Shown here: piece by piece, positions 23,043 through 35,300 of the stretch
Layout of the letters: each line of letters starts with the position of its first letter
How positions within the stretch are numbered: position 1 is the first letter of the stretch
Assembly: GCA_027923505.1 (NCBI GenBank)
Contig: BROI01000006.1
Span: forward strand, 1-64,000
DNA: 64,000 nt
Source: Mayamaea pseudoterrestris
Lineage: Eukaryota
Direction: 5' to 3'
The notes under the pieces: generated by a model
Seen by the model: the letters and a program-made list of their open reading frames with translations, nothing else
Databases searched by the model: none
What the model was told of the DNA's origin: nothing
Made by a program: the position numbers and the translations under genes

Positions 23043-26000
23043 CTAGTCCAACCATTTCGCATACTCCCGATCTATGCGCGCTAACACATCGTCGACATCT
23101 TCCTCTCCTTCAGTGCTAAACAATTCGTCGTCATTGACGTCAAATCGACGATTCGTGCTTATAGACTCGGGCGACCATTGAAAGTCATCCTTGCACATGT
23201 CACCAAACTCGAGTTCGATGCGTTCCATAGTAGTTTGAAACGACTCTTCGCCTTCGCGCTCCGCCGGAGAAACAATTACTTCCACACCTGGTTGCGATAG
23301 GGATGCATTGGACTCATCGACAGCTGCTGTTAACGAAGCTTGTAGCTGCAGTGACATTGTTGCCTCCTCGTTGCTCATATACAGTAGTTTGCTAGTGATC
23401 CGTTCCAAAGATGTGGAGAGGGACAGACGTTTTTCGGTTAACTCTTGAAGCTCGGCTGCTAGCTGCTGCTGTGTCTCCAATGATAGCGTGGTCGCGTTGG
23501 TCAATGAAGTCATACTTTTGCCTAACGGACCCTCCGTTGCTGGTGAGCCTTTAAGTTTAGTGCGAACCATGTCCCATCGCCGAGAAACCGTCGCCCACTG
23601 GTGCGTGTAGTACAGTACTTGGATGGCTAACTCACGCTGGATATCGCTCTGCGCATTCTCTTCGCGTGCCTCGATCACTGATTCCAGACTTCCCTTTGGT
23701 TCAAGGAATAAATGATCGAGCATTCCGATTGATACCTCACTCATTTCCTGACCATCAAACCTCATGGAATGCCCATTGATTCGCTGATTGTCAGTTGTCA
23801 TGGCAGATCGGTAGGCGCTTTTAGAAGCTGCTTCGTTCTTGTTAGCCGACTGTAAATCCAGCGTATCCTCCTGCTCATGGGGTAATACATTGCCCTGCGA
23901 TTCTGTATGAAACGAATTTCCAAAAGCATTTTCTGGGCAGTCCGGGAGGGAGGACAAATTTGTTCGCAATTGCTCGCGAGTTGCGGAGATGAGGAAGCTA
24001 TCGCTGAGCAATTTATCAAAAAGCCACTCATTTTCCTTGCAGCTCCATGCTAGTTCGCCGTGGCCATCGCCGACGGCGCTGCGCGCCATGCAGATATTTT
24101 TCATTGCTCTTCTAGCAGCAGCATGTCTAACTAGCAGAGTCAAAAGTTCACTTTCGCAACTCAGTTGAATACGTAACGGATCTTTTCTTGCCAGCGGTCC
24201 AAACCCGACGCCCTTTTGTACAAGTGAAATAATATCAACGTGGTCCAAATCACGCCTATCGTACGAGTACCCTGAAGTGACCGCTTGTTCAGTGAGATAT
24301 TTGCGACCCTGGAAGTCATTCGAATTGAAGTATACTGGCCTCCCTAGTCGATAAAATCCATTGTAGTCAGCGACGTCATCAGTTGATTGCTTGAACGGCC
24401 CGTAAAGGCGGGTCCTCGAAGTATTTCCACGAAGCAAATTTCCTTCTTCAAAGCGCGAACCTATTTGCTTCCACTTTTCGTCAGTGAGGCCAAGCCAAGC
24501 AGCATCCAAGTCATTTTCAAAATTGTGACCGCCAAAATGATCAAGTATAGAGCGCTCCGTCTTCAAAGCGAGATCGCGCTCGCGCTTCACCTTAAAGGTG
24601 CGAGTCTTTGGTTTTACTGGAGCTGTTTTAGCAGGCAAATATTGTTGTGTTGTGGATGCTGTAACACTACTGCGAGTCAGATTCGTTGTCACGTTTCGTG
24701 AAAGCTTCTCTTCGTCGTCGAGTATAGATGCGCTACCGCCCATTGTTATGGCCTTCATTCTTGACCCGGTGGTAGCGTCATTTACAATCATTGCAGATGA
24801 CTCGGCCCGTCGCAGTAACGCCTCCTTGTTATCTGCTATTCGTGACACGAGACTGATCAAGTCAGACTCCAGTTGGGCATGCACCGCACTCGATGCGACA
24901 GTCTCGTTCGACTCGTTCGCCACAATCCTCGCCAGCAGTCCAGCCACCTCATAGGCATGTTTTGTCCGATCGGCAGCTTCCATCGTCGCCGCGATAAATT
25001 CAGCAGCGCGCTCAAACACGTTGCTAAAACTATTATCGCCACCACGCGCTGCCGATGAATCATAGGAGGACAGCATCCGACTCAAGTAAAACTGCGTCCA
25101 ATCTGATGCGTTAGCAAGAATAACGCGGTCGAACTCATTCGCAATTGCATTCGATTCCACTGAGGACGTCAACATTTCTGCATACTCTGCCGGGTCTTTA
25201 CAACCATCAGGTAGTCGAGCAACTAGAAATTGAACCGAGTATTTCTTTACAGTTTCCTTCAAAAGACCATTGCTGCAAACCAACTCCATGGCAGCAAGTC
25301 CGGCAGCATCATTGTCGAGACACAAAACGACCTTCCCGTTTAACTTTCGGGCTGTTTGAGCCGCCAGCGCGAGCTGATCCCTTGAAAGCGCCGTGCCCAT
25401 GCTTGCCACCGCCCCCTTGACGCCAGCCGCCCACAATGCAATGGCGTCCATGTATCCTTCGACAATGACAAGACTTGTTTGCCTTGCAACAGTTGGATCT
25501 TTCGACAACAGTTCGTTGACTTTGTGTAAGCCAAACAGTATTTTGCTCTTGTGAAACACCAGTGTTTCTGGACTGTTCAAGTACTTTGGTCCTTGATAGT
25601 TGTTTGCAGACGACAATATTGTTCCAATACTTGGAATATCACGGCCTCCGAAGCCCAAGACATGCTTTCCGGTAATATCCATAATGGGAACGATGAAGCG
25701 ATTCCGAAATCGATCCATCAAGTCACTATAGTCGGGTCCGTCGTCACTACGTTCCGTCGCGTTGCTGATCGTATCAAAAACAATCGAGTCAAACAGTTTG
25801 TTCACCGTCGTGGCCAAGCCCGCATCCATAATCTCCTGCGGCGAAAACTCCAGTTGCTCTAAGTGCTCCACCAAACTACCTTGACCCCAAATGGCTCGCT
25901 TGCGCGGGCCGTAGTAGAGATCCGGCGCGTAGCCCAGGCAAAAGGTTTGCACCGTTTGCGGCGCCAAGTGGCGCGACCGCGCGTAGGCGCGCACGTTGCC

Positions 26001-26822
26001 CGCACTTGGTTCCATGAAACGTTGCGTATAGTAGCTTGACGCCGCTCGATTGGCGGCCAACAAGCGCTCGTGCTTCAAAGTCAGTGCCGGAGACGTGGTG
26101 ACGCTGTCACGATTCGTGTTGTCAAGCGTGGCGAACGCTTGCTGTATAGTACTACTCGCATCACCATGTTCACGCGCCACCTTTTGAATCGCTTGACGAA
26201 ACGACAGTTGTTCACCGTTGTTCATCTTGGCATGATGCAGCTGCACAAACTGAAAAACATCTCCGGAAGCTTGGCAGCTAAAGCATTTGAACATTTGACG
26301 CTGGCCGTCAATGCTCAACGACGGACTATGGTCGTCGTGAAAGGGACAAAGGGCAATCGCTTGCGTGCGAGATTTGCGTCGAAAGTGTGGCAATTGGTAG
26401 GATTCCACGACGGAAATCAAGTCAATGGACTCTTTGAATAATGTGAGTTGATCTTTGTCAATCCAATTGTTGCTATTGTTGCTGCTGCTGCTGCTGCTGC
26501 TGCTTGTAGATTGCGCTTTTGATGCATACGACGACGCCGAGACTGGCTCCGTTTCATTGCTTAACACAGCCGACTGCTGCAAGGTTGTAGATTGTCGGCT
26601 CGTCAGATGAACTCGAGATGAAGACAATATTGGTCCATGTATGGAAAAGGTGCTGCTTTGCTGCGCAAACACTAGCAAGACGGCAAAGATTGACACCAAG
26701 GTTTTGGTCGCAGTCGCTGCAGCAGCTCTGGGTAAAGGAATGCTATTGCGTGTAGCACTGCATTGTGAAGCGTCGATATTATGGTGTAATCGTATATTGT
26801 CACGTTGCCTCAATCGAGCCAT
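23043..26822 (-). CDS. dnaG: Bacterial-type DNA primase DnaG, probably plastid-targeted, with long C-terminal extension
   Basis: CHC2 Zn finger CPFHDDHSPS..FKCFSC; FRNRFIVPI, GFGGR, PKYLNSPET; TOPRIM VEGYMD, MGTA, CLDNDAAG, KDPAEY; hydrophobic stretch followed by SSTF. Confidence 0.92.
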   Translation of the reverse strand: MARLRQRDNIRLHHNIDASQCSATRNSIPLPRAAAATATKTLVSIFAVLLVFAQQSSTFSIHGPILSSSRVHLTSRQSTTLQQSAVLSNETEPVSASSYASKAQSTSSSSSSSSNNSNNWIDKDQLTLFKESIDLISVVESYQLPHFRRKSRTQAIALCPFHDDHSPSLSIDGQRQMFKCFSCQASGDVFQFVQLHHAKMNNGEQLSFRQAIQKVAREHGDASSTIQQAFATLDNTNRDSVTTSPALTLKHERLLAANRAASSYYTQRFMEPSAGNVRAYARSRHLAPQTVQTFCLGYAPDLYYGPRKRAIWGQGSLVEHLEQLEFSPQEIMDAGLATTVNKLFDSIVFDTISNATERSDDGPDYSDLMDRFRNRFIVPIMDITGKHVLGFGGRDIPSIGTILSSANNYQGPKYLNSPETLVFHKSKILFGLHKVNELLSKDPTVARQTSLVIVEGYMDAIALWAAGVKGAVASMGTALSRDQLALAAQTARKLNGKVVLCLDNDAAGLAAMELVCSNGLLKETVKKYSVQFLVARLPDGCKDPAEYAEMLTSSVESNAIANEFDRVILANASDWTQFYLSRMLSSYDSSAARGGDNSFSNVFERAAEFIAATMEAADRTKHAYEVAGLLARIVANESNETVASSAVHAQLESDLISLVSRIADNKEALLRRAESSAMIVNDATTGSRMKAITMGGSASILDDEEKLSRNVTTNLTRSSVTASTTQQYLPAKTAPVKPKTRTFKVKRERDLALKTERSILDHFGGHNFENDLDAAWLGLTDEKWKQIGSRFEEGNLLRGNTSRTRLYGPFKQSTDDVADYNGFYRLGRPVYFNSNDFQGRKYLTEQAVTSGYSYDRRDLDHVDIISLVQKGVGFGPLARKDPLRIQLSCESELLTLLVRHAAARRAMKNICMARSAVGDGHGELAWSCKENEWLFDKLLSDSFLISATREQLRTNLSSLPDCPENAFGNSFHTESQGNVLPHEQEDTLDLQSANKNEAASKSAYRSAMTTDNQRINGHSMRFDGQEMSEVSIGMLDHLFLEPKGSLESVIEAREENAQSDIQRELAIQVLYYTHQWATVSRRWDMVRTKLKGSPATEGPLGKSMTSLTNATTLSLETQQQLAAELQELTEKRLSLSTSLERITSKLLYMSNEEATMSLQLQASLTAAVDESNASLSQPGVEVIVSPAEREGEESFQTTMERIELEFGDMCKDDFQWSPESISTNRRFDVNDDELFSTEGEEDVDDVLARIDREYAKWLD

Positions 26823-27055
26823 GAAACAACCGGTAGGCTAGTGAAAGGTGCTTGTAAGCTTGGTGTTGATCGGATATTGCGTTTTGCAAGTTTGCTTGGT
26901 TCTCGACGCCATGGTCGGTTTCGTGGCAAAACGTGTAAGCGTCTGAGCGGTGATGAATTTGTCGGATCGGCACTAGAAATGAAGCGAAAAACCATTGCAA
27001 ATTCGATGGTGAAATCCATCGAGCATTCCAAGCTATTTATTCAAGAAAACACACA

Positions 27056-28089
27056 ATGATGATCAAGAGGCAACGGACAGGAATACCGTGTAGTCGCTTC
27101 TCTCGCTTTCGGTGGATGATTGCAATACTTTTAGCGACAGACGCCAGTATTCATTTCGCGCAAGCATCTGCTACATCAAAAGATTCCAACAGCAAATTTC
27201 CAAAACCGGGAATCAAGGCAGACTCCTTTGTGCAAGCATCTCCGCTCGTTTGCGCCGCGGTGTGTCGAAACGGTGTGCTGGTGGTAGCGGCTCATGTCAA
27301 TGTTGACGAAAGCGAACCGTTGCTTTACTACTCGTCGTCGCATGACGCAGCTTCTGCAAGGAATAATAGTAATGATACAAATGGTTCATTTCTCGACTTG
27401 CCGCCCAACTTTCAAGGCCCCTTTCGCATTCACGCGGTGGATACACGTGGAACCTGTCTCGTTGCGGCTGGATGGAGGGCCGACGGCGAACGCTTGCTGC
27501 AAAAATGCCGACGTTTGGCGGACGAGGAGCGAGCCACCTACGGAGACGAAACGTCGCCACTGTACGTGCGGTTCCTCGCCATGGAGCTGTCGTTATACTT
27601 GGCGCAGTGTCAAGTATCGGAGCGAGTAAGTATATATGGCGTGCGCGCGTAAGAGGCATTGCTTGATAGACTGACATGACCGCATGTTACTTACTAACCC
27701 GACTTGCGACGCAGACACGAACCTTGGCATGCGCATCTCTACTAGTATCTCCGACAGAAGTGTGGCTGGTGGATGCCACGGGAGCACATTGCGTTCGAGC
27801 CTTGTGCATTGGCGGCGGTGGTACGTCGGATGGCAAGCTTGTAAAAGACGCTGTCAATCAACAACTCTTGGAGCATGACTGGGAGTTCATGACGATGGAC
27901 GCTGCGCTCAAGACTCTACTGCAAATACTGAGTGGCACTAGCGAGCACGAGCAACATGATGACTCGAGTCAAGCTTCTCGATTGGTTCCCGTCAACACGC
28001 GATTGGAAGTTGCCAGTGTGGAGTCCTCCAGCAAGCCATTTGCAAGACGCAAGCTTTCGTCTTTCGCTTTTATAAAAGATACTAGATAG
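27056..28089 (+). CDS. Divergent 20S proteasome subunit-like (Ntn-hydrolase) protein with N-terminal signal, exons 27056-27625 and 27715-28089
   Basis: AAVCRNGVLV, IHAVD..AAGWRADGERL, RTLACASLL, VWLVDATG...ALCIGGG; intron with TACTAAC branch point. Confidence 0.7.
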
Positions 28090-28297
28090 TGCTGTGATAT
28101 ATTGATATGAAAGAATGTATATCACTATATTTCTCTTAAAGTAGGTATCGATGAAAACATTTGCAATAGCTGGTCCGTCCGTCGCCCCAATTTCGATTGG
28201 GAGAGCCAACCGATCTGCCGGCCTTCACTTTTTCACAGAACAAAAATCGCAGGCTCGTCTTTGACCAACAATTTGCCTTTACTACTATTCCACCACC

Positions 28298-30214
28298 ATG
28301 ATATCCTCCATTGCATGGGTTCCAGCAGGCGTCGCCGATGCTCGTCCGAAAAAGTATGAGCTTTCGCCCGCCGAGCAGGAGCTCATTTTGTTAATGGAGC
28401 AGCAGGGAGGCATCAACGACTCACGGAAAAAGACCAAGGCCGAAAAGGCTGTATCCGTCATTGCATCCTCTCATTCAGCAGCTCCAAACAGTCTTCCAGC
28501 AGATTTGCGCATGGATGAGTATTCTGATGACGACGATGATGAAGCGGAAATGGGCGTCGGAAGGCTGCTACTGGCGAGCGACGCGGAAGATAGCGAGAGT
28601 GATGAGGATGCAGACTCGCAAGACGCTGACGACGCTGCACCAAGAAACGATGATCCATCCAACAATGTTAGTGAGTCGGACGACGACTCGGATGATGACT
28701 TGAACGACGTGCCCGATACGCGAGAATACATGGCGCTGGACGTTCAAGGTTTAGAAGCCATGGGTTTGTCGCAGGTGGGAGGGCGATATACGGACATGCA
28801 AATGGATGAGTTGGGCAATCAAGAGGATGACGATGACGAAAGTGACATTGCGGATGTTGCATTGAGTCCGACGGATGCGATACTAGTCGTTGGAAAGGCG
28901 GAAGATGTAAGTTTATCGTAGTCGACCATCGTTCTGTCAGCCCATCTTGCGTGATCTTCTGCTAACGTTTGCTTTTCGGAACACGCAAAGGACTTTGCAA
29001 GTTTGGAAGTACACGTATATGATCGCTCGACTGGCAATCTATACGTTCATCATGATATTCCTCTTCCAGCCTTTCCGCTATGTCTTGCGCATGGCCAAGT
29101 CAGCAGCCAAGGCAAGACTGGCAATTATTGCGCCGTTGGCACCTTTCATCCTGGAATTGAAATCTGGAACCTTGACGTACTCAATGCATTGGAACCCTCG
29201 TGTGTATTGGGTGGCGAAGATACAACGGCAGCAGATGATTTGATGCAGGCGCAAGCAATGCGAGGATCTGGTGGAGCGAAACCAAAAGTGAGAGGTAGTG
29301 GCGGCCTTCGACCTGGAAGTCACACGGACGCAGTCATGGCATTATCTTGGAACCCTATTCATCAGCAAGTGATTGCCAGTGGTAGTGCGGATATGACAGT
29401 TAAATTATGGGATGTATCTAAAGCCGGAAGTGGTGACCAGGAAGGATGCAACGCTGCTACTTTTTCGCATCATAATAACAAGGTTCAATCTGTCGCATGG
29501 CATCCAGTGGAAGGAACACTATTAGCAACTGGATCGTACGATCGAACTGTCGCGCTACTCGATGCGCGAGGGACCGGGAAGGACGTGAAAATTGTGAAGT
29601 TGCCTGCCGACTGCGAAGCTATTGCATGGGATATCCACAATCCTGAATGTCTGACGGTTGCCAGTGAAGATGGTACACTTGCATGTTACGATGTTCGACA
29701 GTTTGAGACATCCAAGCCTTTATGGTCATTTGTTGCGAACCAATTTGGAGTTTCAGACATTTCCTACAATCGACTGGTTCCTGGATTTCTTGCTATAAGT
29801 AGCCCTGACAAGACGGTCACTCTCTGGGATGCTGGACTGCCAGGTACTCTTTCAATGAAAGAACCGCCGAAGTTGTGCGGTAGCAAAGATATGTGTTCCG
29901 GAAAGCTATACACGGTTCAATTTTACCCCTCAGATCCGTGGCTTTTAGGTACGGGTGGATCGGGCAACCAGCTGGCACTCTGGGATTTTTCGAATGAAAG
30001 TGAGATCCAGAGGCGATTTGCTGGTCGCGTCGCAAGCAAAAGTGGAGAACAAGCACAAGTTGTGGAAGCTGCTGATGCGAAGCCGATCGAAGCAGAGCTC
30101 GAGTCCATGATGGCTAAGCGAGAGACCAGCCCTGCTGCAGAGGCGGGCAACGGGATGAATAAACGAAACAAGGCGAAGGGGAAGAGTCCGAACAAGCCCC
30201 GAAAAGGAAGATAA
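28298..30214 (+). CDS. PWP1: Periodic tryptophan protein 1 (WD40, rRNA processing), exons 28298-28906 and 28991-30214
   Basis: MISSIAWVPAG, MDEYSD, EDDFASLEVHVYD, NLYVHHDIPLPAFPLC, IEIWNLD, HTDAVMALSWN, WD repeats. Confidence 0.93.
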
Positions 30215-30328
30215 ATGGCTTTTTTGTTGTGCACAAATACTTTGAGATTGGTCTATTGTCTGTCCTTTGCTTATAAATATAGTTTTGGTAGCGGCAATAT
30301 GTTTTAGAGTGTGAAATTCCCAGCAGCT

Positions 30329-31789
30329 TTATGCTTCGCTAAGCTCGTCCATGGCACAATTTGCATCACCATCTTTATCATCGCCGTCTCCATAGTATTT
30401 ATAAAACTGATCCAGCTCGTATACATTTTCAATGCTGCCTAGAAACGTTGGTACTCGCTGGTGTATCTCGCATGGCTTGACGTTTAGGATACGATTGTGA
30501 CCTGTCGAGCCTGCGCCACCTGCCTGTTCAATAATCATTCCCATGGGCGCCGACTCGTACAATAGCCGCAGCTTTCCGTTGGGACTCTTTTTTGTAGCAG
30601 GATAACCGTAAATGCCTCCATTAATCAGTATATTGTGAACGTCCGCAACGAGCGCACCAATATATCGCGCGTTAGACCTGACACCAACGGAGCTCGATCC
30701 TTCCTTGAGTGCCCTGAGATATCTCCTCACTGGCTCGTCAAAATCGATAAAATTTGCTTCGTTAAAGCTATAAATTGGACCTGCCGACGGGATGCGAATA
30801 TCTCGGTGGGTGTGGAGGAATTGTCCATAATCTGGATCGAGGGTGAAGCCGTCCACTCCATTACCCAGCGTCAGTACAAGCACAGTTGTAGCGCTGCATA
30901 GGGAAAAGAGAAGGTCAGGCGTCATTCCACGTACAATCTTTAAAGTGAGCGGCCAACTTACGAGTACAAACAGTATCCAGACGCAACGAGTGAGCTCCCT
31001 CGCTGCAAAAACATAGCGTCTCTGTTAGCCCCATTGACAATGCCAGGCGGCGCCCGATAGATTCCAAAGATGCTACCGACTGGCAGTGATGCATCAATGT
31101 TCTTTGAGCCATCAATCGGATCAAATACCGCGACAAAGTCTCCAATAGCAAAGGCCGAGTCGCCCTGTGATAAGGTAGAAGATTCAACTTAGCCAAGCGT
31201 TCAGCCGTCCAGCTGCTCTCCACGCGTGCACCATAATATATAAACGTACCATAATATCCGAACAACATCTCGGCTCATCTTCCTCTTCAGATGCAACAGA
31301 ATTGATACTCCTGCTGCTTCCGCAAAACGCTCTTAGCATGATAGTATTGCATAAAACATCAAGTTTCTGTTGTTGCTCGCCTTGCACATTTTCATCCAGC
31401 GGCAACCCATCCAGACCAAGTGCGACTCCATATATATCGTCCGTCATGGCTCGTGCCACAATTCTCGATATTTGTTTGCAGGCGTCTGCGACTGCCAGTA
31501 GCACGGGTTCCAGTGATCGCAATTGAGCTTCCCGCCAGCATTCCACCTCGAGGTATCGAGCAAAGGTTTTAAGCTTCTTCTTAATGATCTTGGGTTTGGT
31601 CAAGTCGCTGTTTATATCAGGACCGAGCGGGTCATTGTCTAATAATGATGAATACACATGACATCGACGTCTTTGTAGCGGATACAATGCTCGCCCTTGG
31701 CTGCTTTTTCTCTTCGACAACGTGAAGGCAAAGGATGATGTGCTCAACGCCGAGACCGTCAGAAGTAAAAGAATTCGTGATTTTAGCAT
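30329..31789 (-). CDS. FBP: Class I fructose-1,6-bisphosphatase, plastid-targeted, exons 31789-31250, 31164-30962, 30893-30329
   Basis: NVQGEQQQKLDV, ASEEED, FDPIDGSKNID, GYCLYS, YSFNEAN, RYIGALVADVH, GKLRLLYE; presequence SSFAF. Confidence 0.93.
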
Positions 31790-32044
31790 TGTTGATTGTT
31801 AACCGTCCGTTGATCTTCGTAGCTTGTTTGTAAAGCTGGATGCAAGGATGGGGCGAAGCGATAACGGATCGAGATCTTGCATGGTTTTGTTCGTGTCGAC
31901 TGTCGACGATGGGTTGTCGAGCGATGTCGCATCGAGTACCGATACGTCATAAGCTACCAGTCTCATGCTGCGAGGCTGGAAGCGAAACGTTAGTATCATA
32001 CTTGGGTTAGCCGCGGATGACGCTAAATACTCTGCATCAACTAT

Positions 32045-32392
32045 TGGATAGTTCTAAGCTAAGTATATAAAGTATCTGTTATGCATCTTTATTCATCCAT
32101 ATCTGTGGGCATGCCCTTGAAGCCAATTTTTAGATCTTACAATGCGAGGAGTGTCTCCAAGTCGGCATCAAGGTTTAAATCCACTAGCGAATCATTGGCA
32201 GTCGTGGACAAACTCATCAAGTATACGTATGGTAGTTCTGAACTATGTAGATAAAGTATATGCATTTTTATACATCAATATTCATGTGCATGTCTTCAAG
32301 CCAAGATTTAGACTTTACAATGCGAGGAGCGTCTCCAAGTCGACATCAAGGTTTAAATCCACCAGTGAATCATTGGCAGTCGTGGACAAACT
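32045..32392. repeat. Imperfect tandem duplication (~180 bp) of the last codons and 3' flank of the coiled-coil gene
   Basis: TTACAATGCGAGGAG.GTCTCCAAGTCG.CATCAAGGTTTAAATCCAC.AG.GAATCATTGGCAGTCGTGGACAAACT at ~32137-32214 and ~32315-32392; the adjacent AT-rich parts also align. Confidence 0.85.
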
Positions 32393-35300
32393 GTTGAACA
32401 AGATTTCATCAGAATCGTCAGAGCGATCTAGGGCATATGATTCCTCGTCGTCCGAAACGGGTACTGGATCGGACGATGACGAAAAGTGAAAAGGAGTAGC
32501 CTGTCGTGCCGCGACCTTTTGCAGACCGTAAACATGAGACGCTTGTATGGAATCAGGTGCAATCCGGCCCAAGCAACGCGAGCCCGTAACGAGCTTCTTC
32601 AGCTCGCATTCAAGGGCTTTGATCTTTTCGTCTCGCTCCTTGACGGCAAAACGAGCTGTCTTGAGTGCTTGTTCCGACGCGGCAAGCTTGTCAATCGTTG
32701 ACCTTTCCAGCTTTGTGAGTTTGTCCACGGATGACGCGTGTTTTTCCAACGAGTTGAGTAATCCCCTACGGTCCAAACATGCATCCTGCTTATACTGCTG
32801 AAGTGATAGACATTCGTTGCGAAGTTCGTCGCGCTCCTTCACCAGTGACACAATTTCTTCAGTGAGTTGGACAATATCCTTGTCTGATTCGGCGCACTGT
32901 TGGCGAAGTCCCTCAATCAGCGAATCCCTGTTCAAACTGTCTGTCTCCAGGTCATCACGCTCTTCGAATGGACTGCCAGGAGGCGTTAACATCTGGCATG
33001 TCGCCCTCACTTCATAGCTATCAAGCCGCCACTCCGCAAACGAGTTTCCAATAGCCAGCTTGATAGTCTCGGCTTCTAATTCTGCTACACGTATGTCCAA
33101 CTGAAGCTTCATGTCCGTAAAAGCTTCTTTTTCGCGCTGCAGAGCTTCCAATTCCGTCGTGAGGGTGTTCATCTTTGCGTCGCAGTCTGCTGCTTTCTCG
33201 ACCAAAGACGATGCGGCCATCATCTGAGTCATGGTGCTTTCTACTTCGTCCTTCAGCATCGCAACCAAGCTGTCCTTATTTTCAAGCTGAGTCTTTAAAC
33301 TCTCGATTGACATCTGCATTTCCCCTAAGTTTTTAAGCTTGCTTCTCATGTCAGTCAAGGTCATTTGCAGCGCTTCTATTGTCTTCTCATTTTCGCTGAC
33401 AGTCATCTGTAGCTTTTTAGTGCAGATACTTTCGGCCTTTTGTTCATCTATAAGCTCCCGCATAGATTGAATCTGTCGTTGTTTGTGAAGGTCTAATTCA
33501 TTTATTTTAGCTTGCATCTCGCGTTTCTCTTCAGCCAGACAATCGCGCGCAGCTAAACACAGCTGATACCTATTGTCGAGGGTCAAATATTGTTGCTCCA
33601 CATATTCAAGACGTCGTTGGAAATCGCTTCGTTCCGTCTGGCATTGCGCAAGCTCTTGCTTGGCCTCAGTCGTTTTGCTGGCATGGCGAGACAGTGTGTC
33701 TGCTAACATTAACTCACTTTGTTCAAGACGTTGCTGGAAATCGTTTCTTTCAGATTGAGATTGCACCAATTCCAGACGAATGGCGATAGTTTCAGTCGTT
33801 GCGCTGGTATGCAGCGCGCGGGCTTCTGCTAACTGGATCTCGCTCTGTTCAAGACATCGCTGAAGATTGCCTCGCTCACTTTCTCCCTGCGCAAGCTCTC
33901 GGCAAACTATTTCATACTCAGTTGATGCGCTGTTTAGTCGAGCCAGTGATTCCATTAATGTTTTCTCCGTTTGCTCGAGCTCATTTCTAAAACCGTCACG
34001 TTCAGTCTGGCACTGTTCCAGTTCCCACCGAAGTGCGTTTAACTCAGTATTTGTGCTGTCGTAGCGAGTTATTGATTCCGTCATGTCCAACTCTTTTCGC
34101 TGAAGCCGTTGCAAGACTTCGTCTAGGTCGCTTTGACACTGCGTAAGGTCCTGACGAGCTTTGGCAGCTTCAGACAACGCAGTCACACTTTCATCTTTCG
34201 CGTCTATCAGCTCTCGCTCTCTTTGCTCTAGCAAACGTTGACAATCTTCAACTTTATTCTGACATTGAGTAAGTTCTTGTCGAGTTTCTACGGCTTCAGA
34301 AGATGCAATGACAAAACGCGCTTCGGATTCTATCAGCGCATCCTCGGTATCATTTAAGCGCTGCTGTAGATTGTCGCGATCGTGTTGACATAGGAGCAGC
34401 TCTCGGCAACAATTCTCAAGTTTACTAGTTGCATCAGAATACTTTGTGCGAATATCGTGAAGCTGGAGTTCAGTGTCATCTAGACATTTCTGTAATTTGT
34501 CCCGAGACTGCGCCAGCAGATCGAAGTCAGACGAAGCATTGGCAAGGCGAGTGAGGGCATCGTGCAACTCTTGACCCACTTGTGTTTGTTCCACACGGGC
34601 AACACCAAAATCAGCAACTTCCGCTTTAGCCTGATTAAGATCGTCTTCAAGGCCAGCAATTCTCAACGTCAGTGTTCTTTCCTTCTCGTACGCTGATGTT
34701 TGCATAGTCGCAATCAATTCGTCTTGGACTTTAAGCGAATCTTCCAGCTCTTGGTTAGACTGGGCATGTCGCTGCCGCAGTTCGTTGAGGTCGCCTAGTG
34801 CCTTGTCTTCAAGTCTGAGCCGCTCCTCCTCCCATGCGCACTTTTCATTTGCAAGCTGTCTTGAGGTAGCAAAGGTTATTATAAACTTTTGGTTTAAGGA
34901 AGACAAATCTTGTTCGTACACAACAAGGTTCTCACGAAGTTCATCCCGTTCCCTGCGCAATTCGGCAATAAGCTGGTTGAGAGAAATCGAGTCAGCGTGT
35001 TGCTGCTCGAGCTCTAATCGACATTGCCTCAGCTCCTGTTGCAAGTTCAACTTATCTCCATCGCATGTTTTCTTCAAAGTCTTCATGTTGTCTTTCAATC
35101 GTTCCATGTCGACGCGAAGAGTGGATATGACAGTTTCTTTCTGTTGATTGGCGACAACCAATGCATATATCCTCTGGTCGCGAAATTGATTCTCGTCAAT
35201 GGAATCATGTGCGGATTCTCCGAGCTTCTCTTCATGACCATTATCGTGTTTCGTCACATTAGCAAGTTTGTGATCCAGCTCTAGATCATGTGCATGGGCT

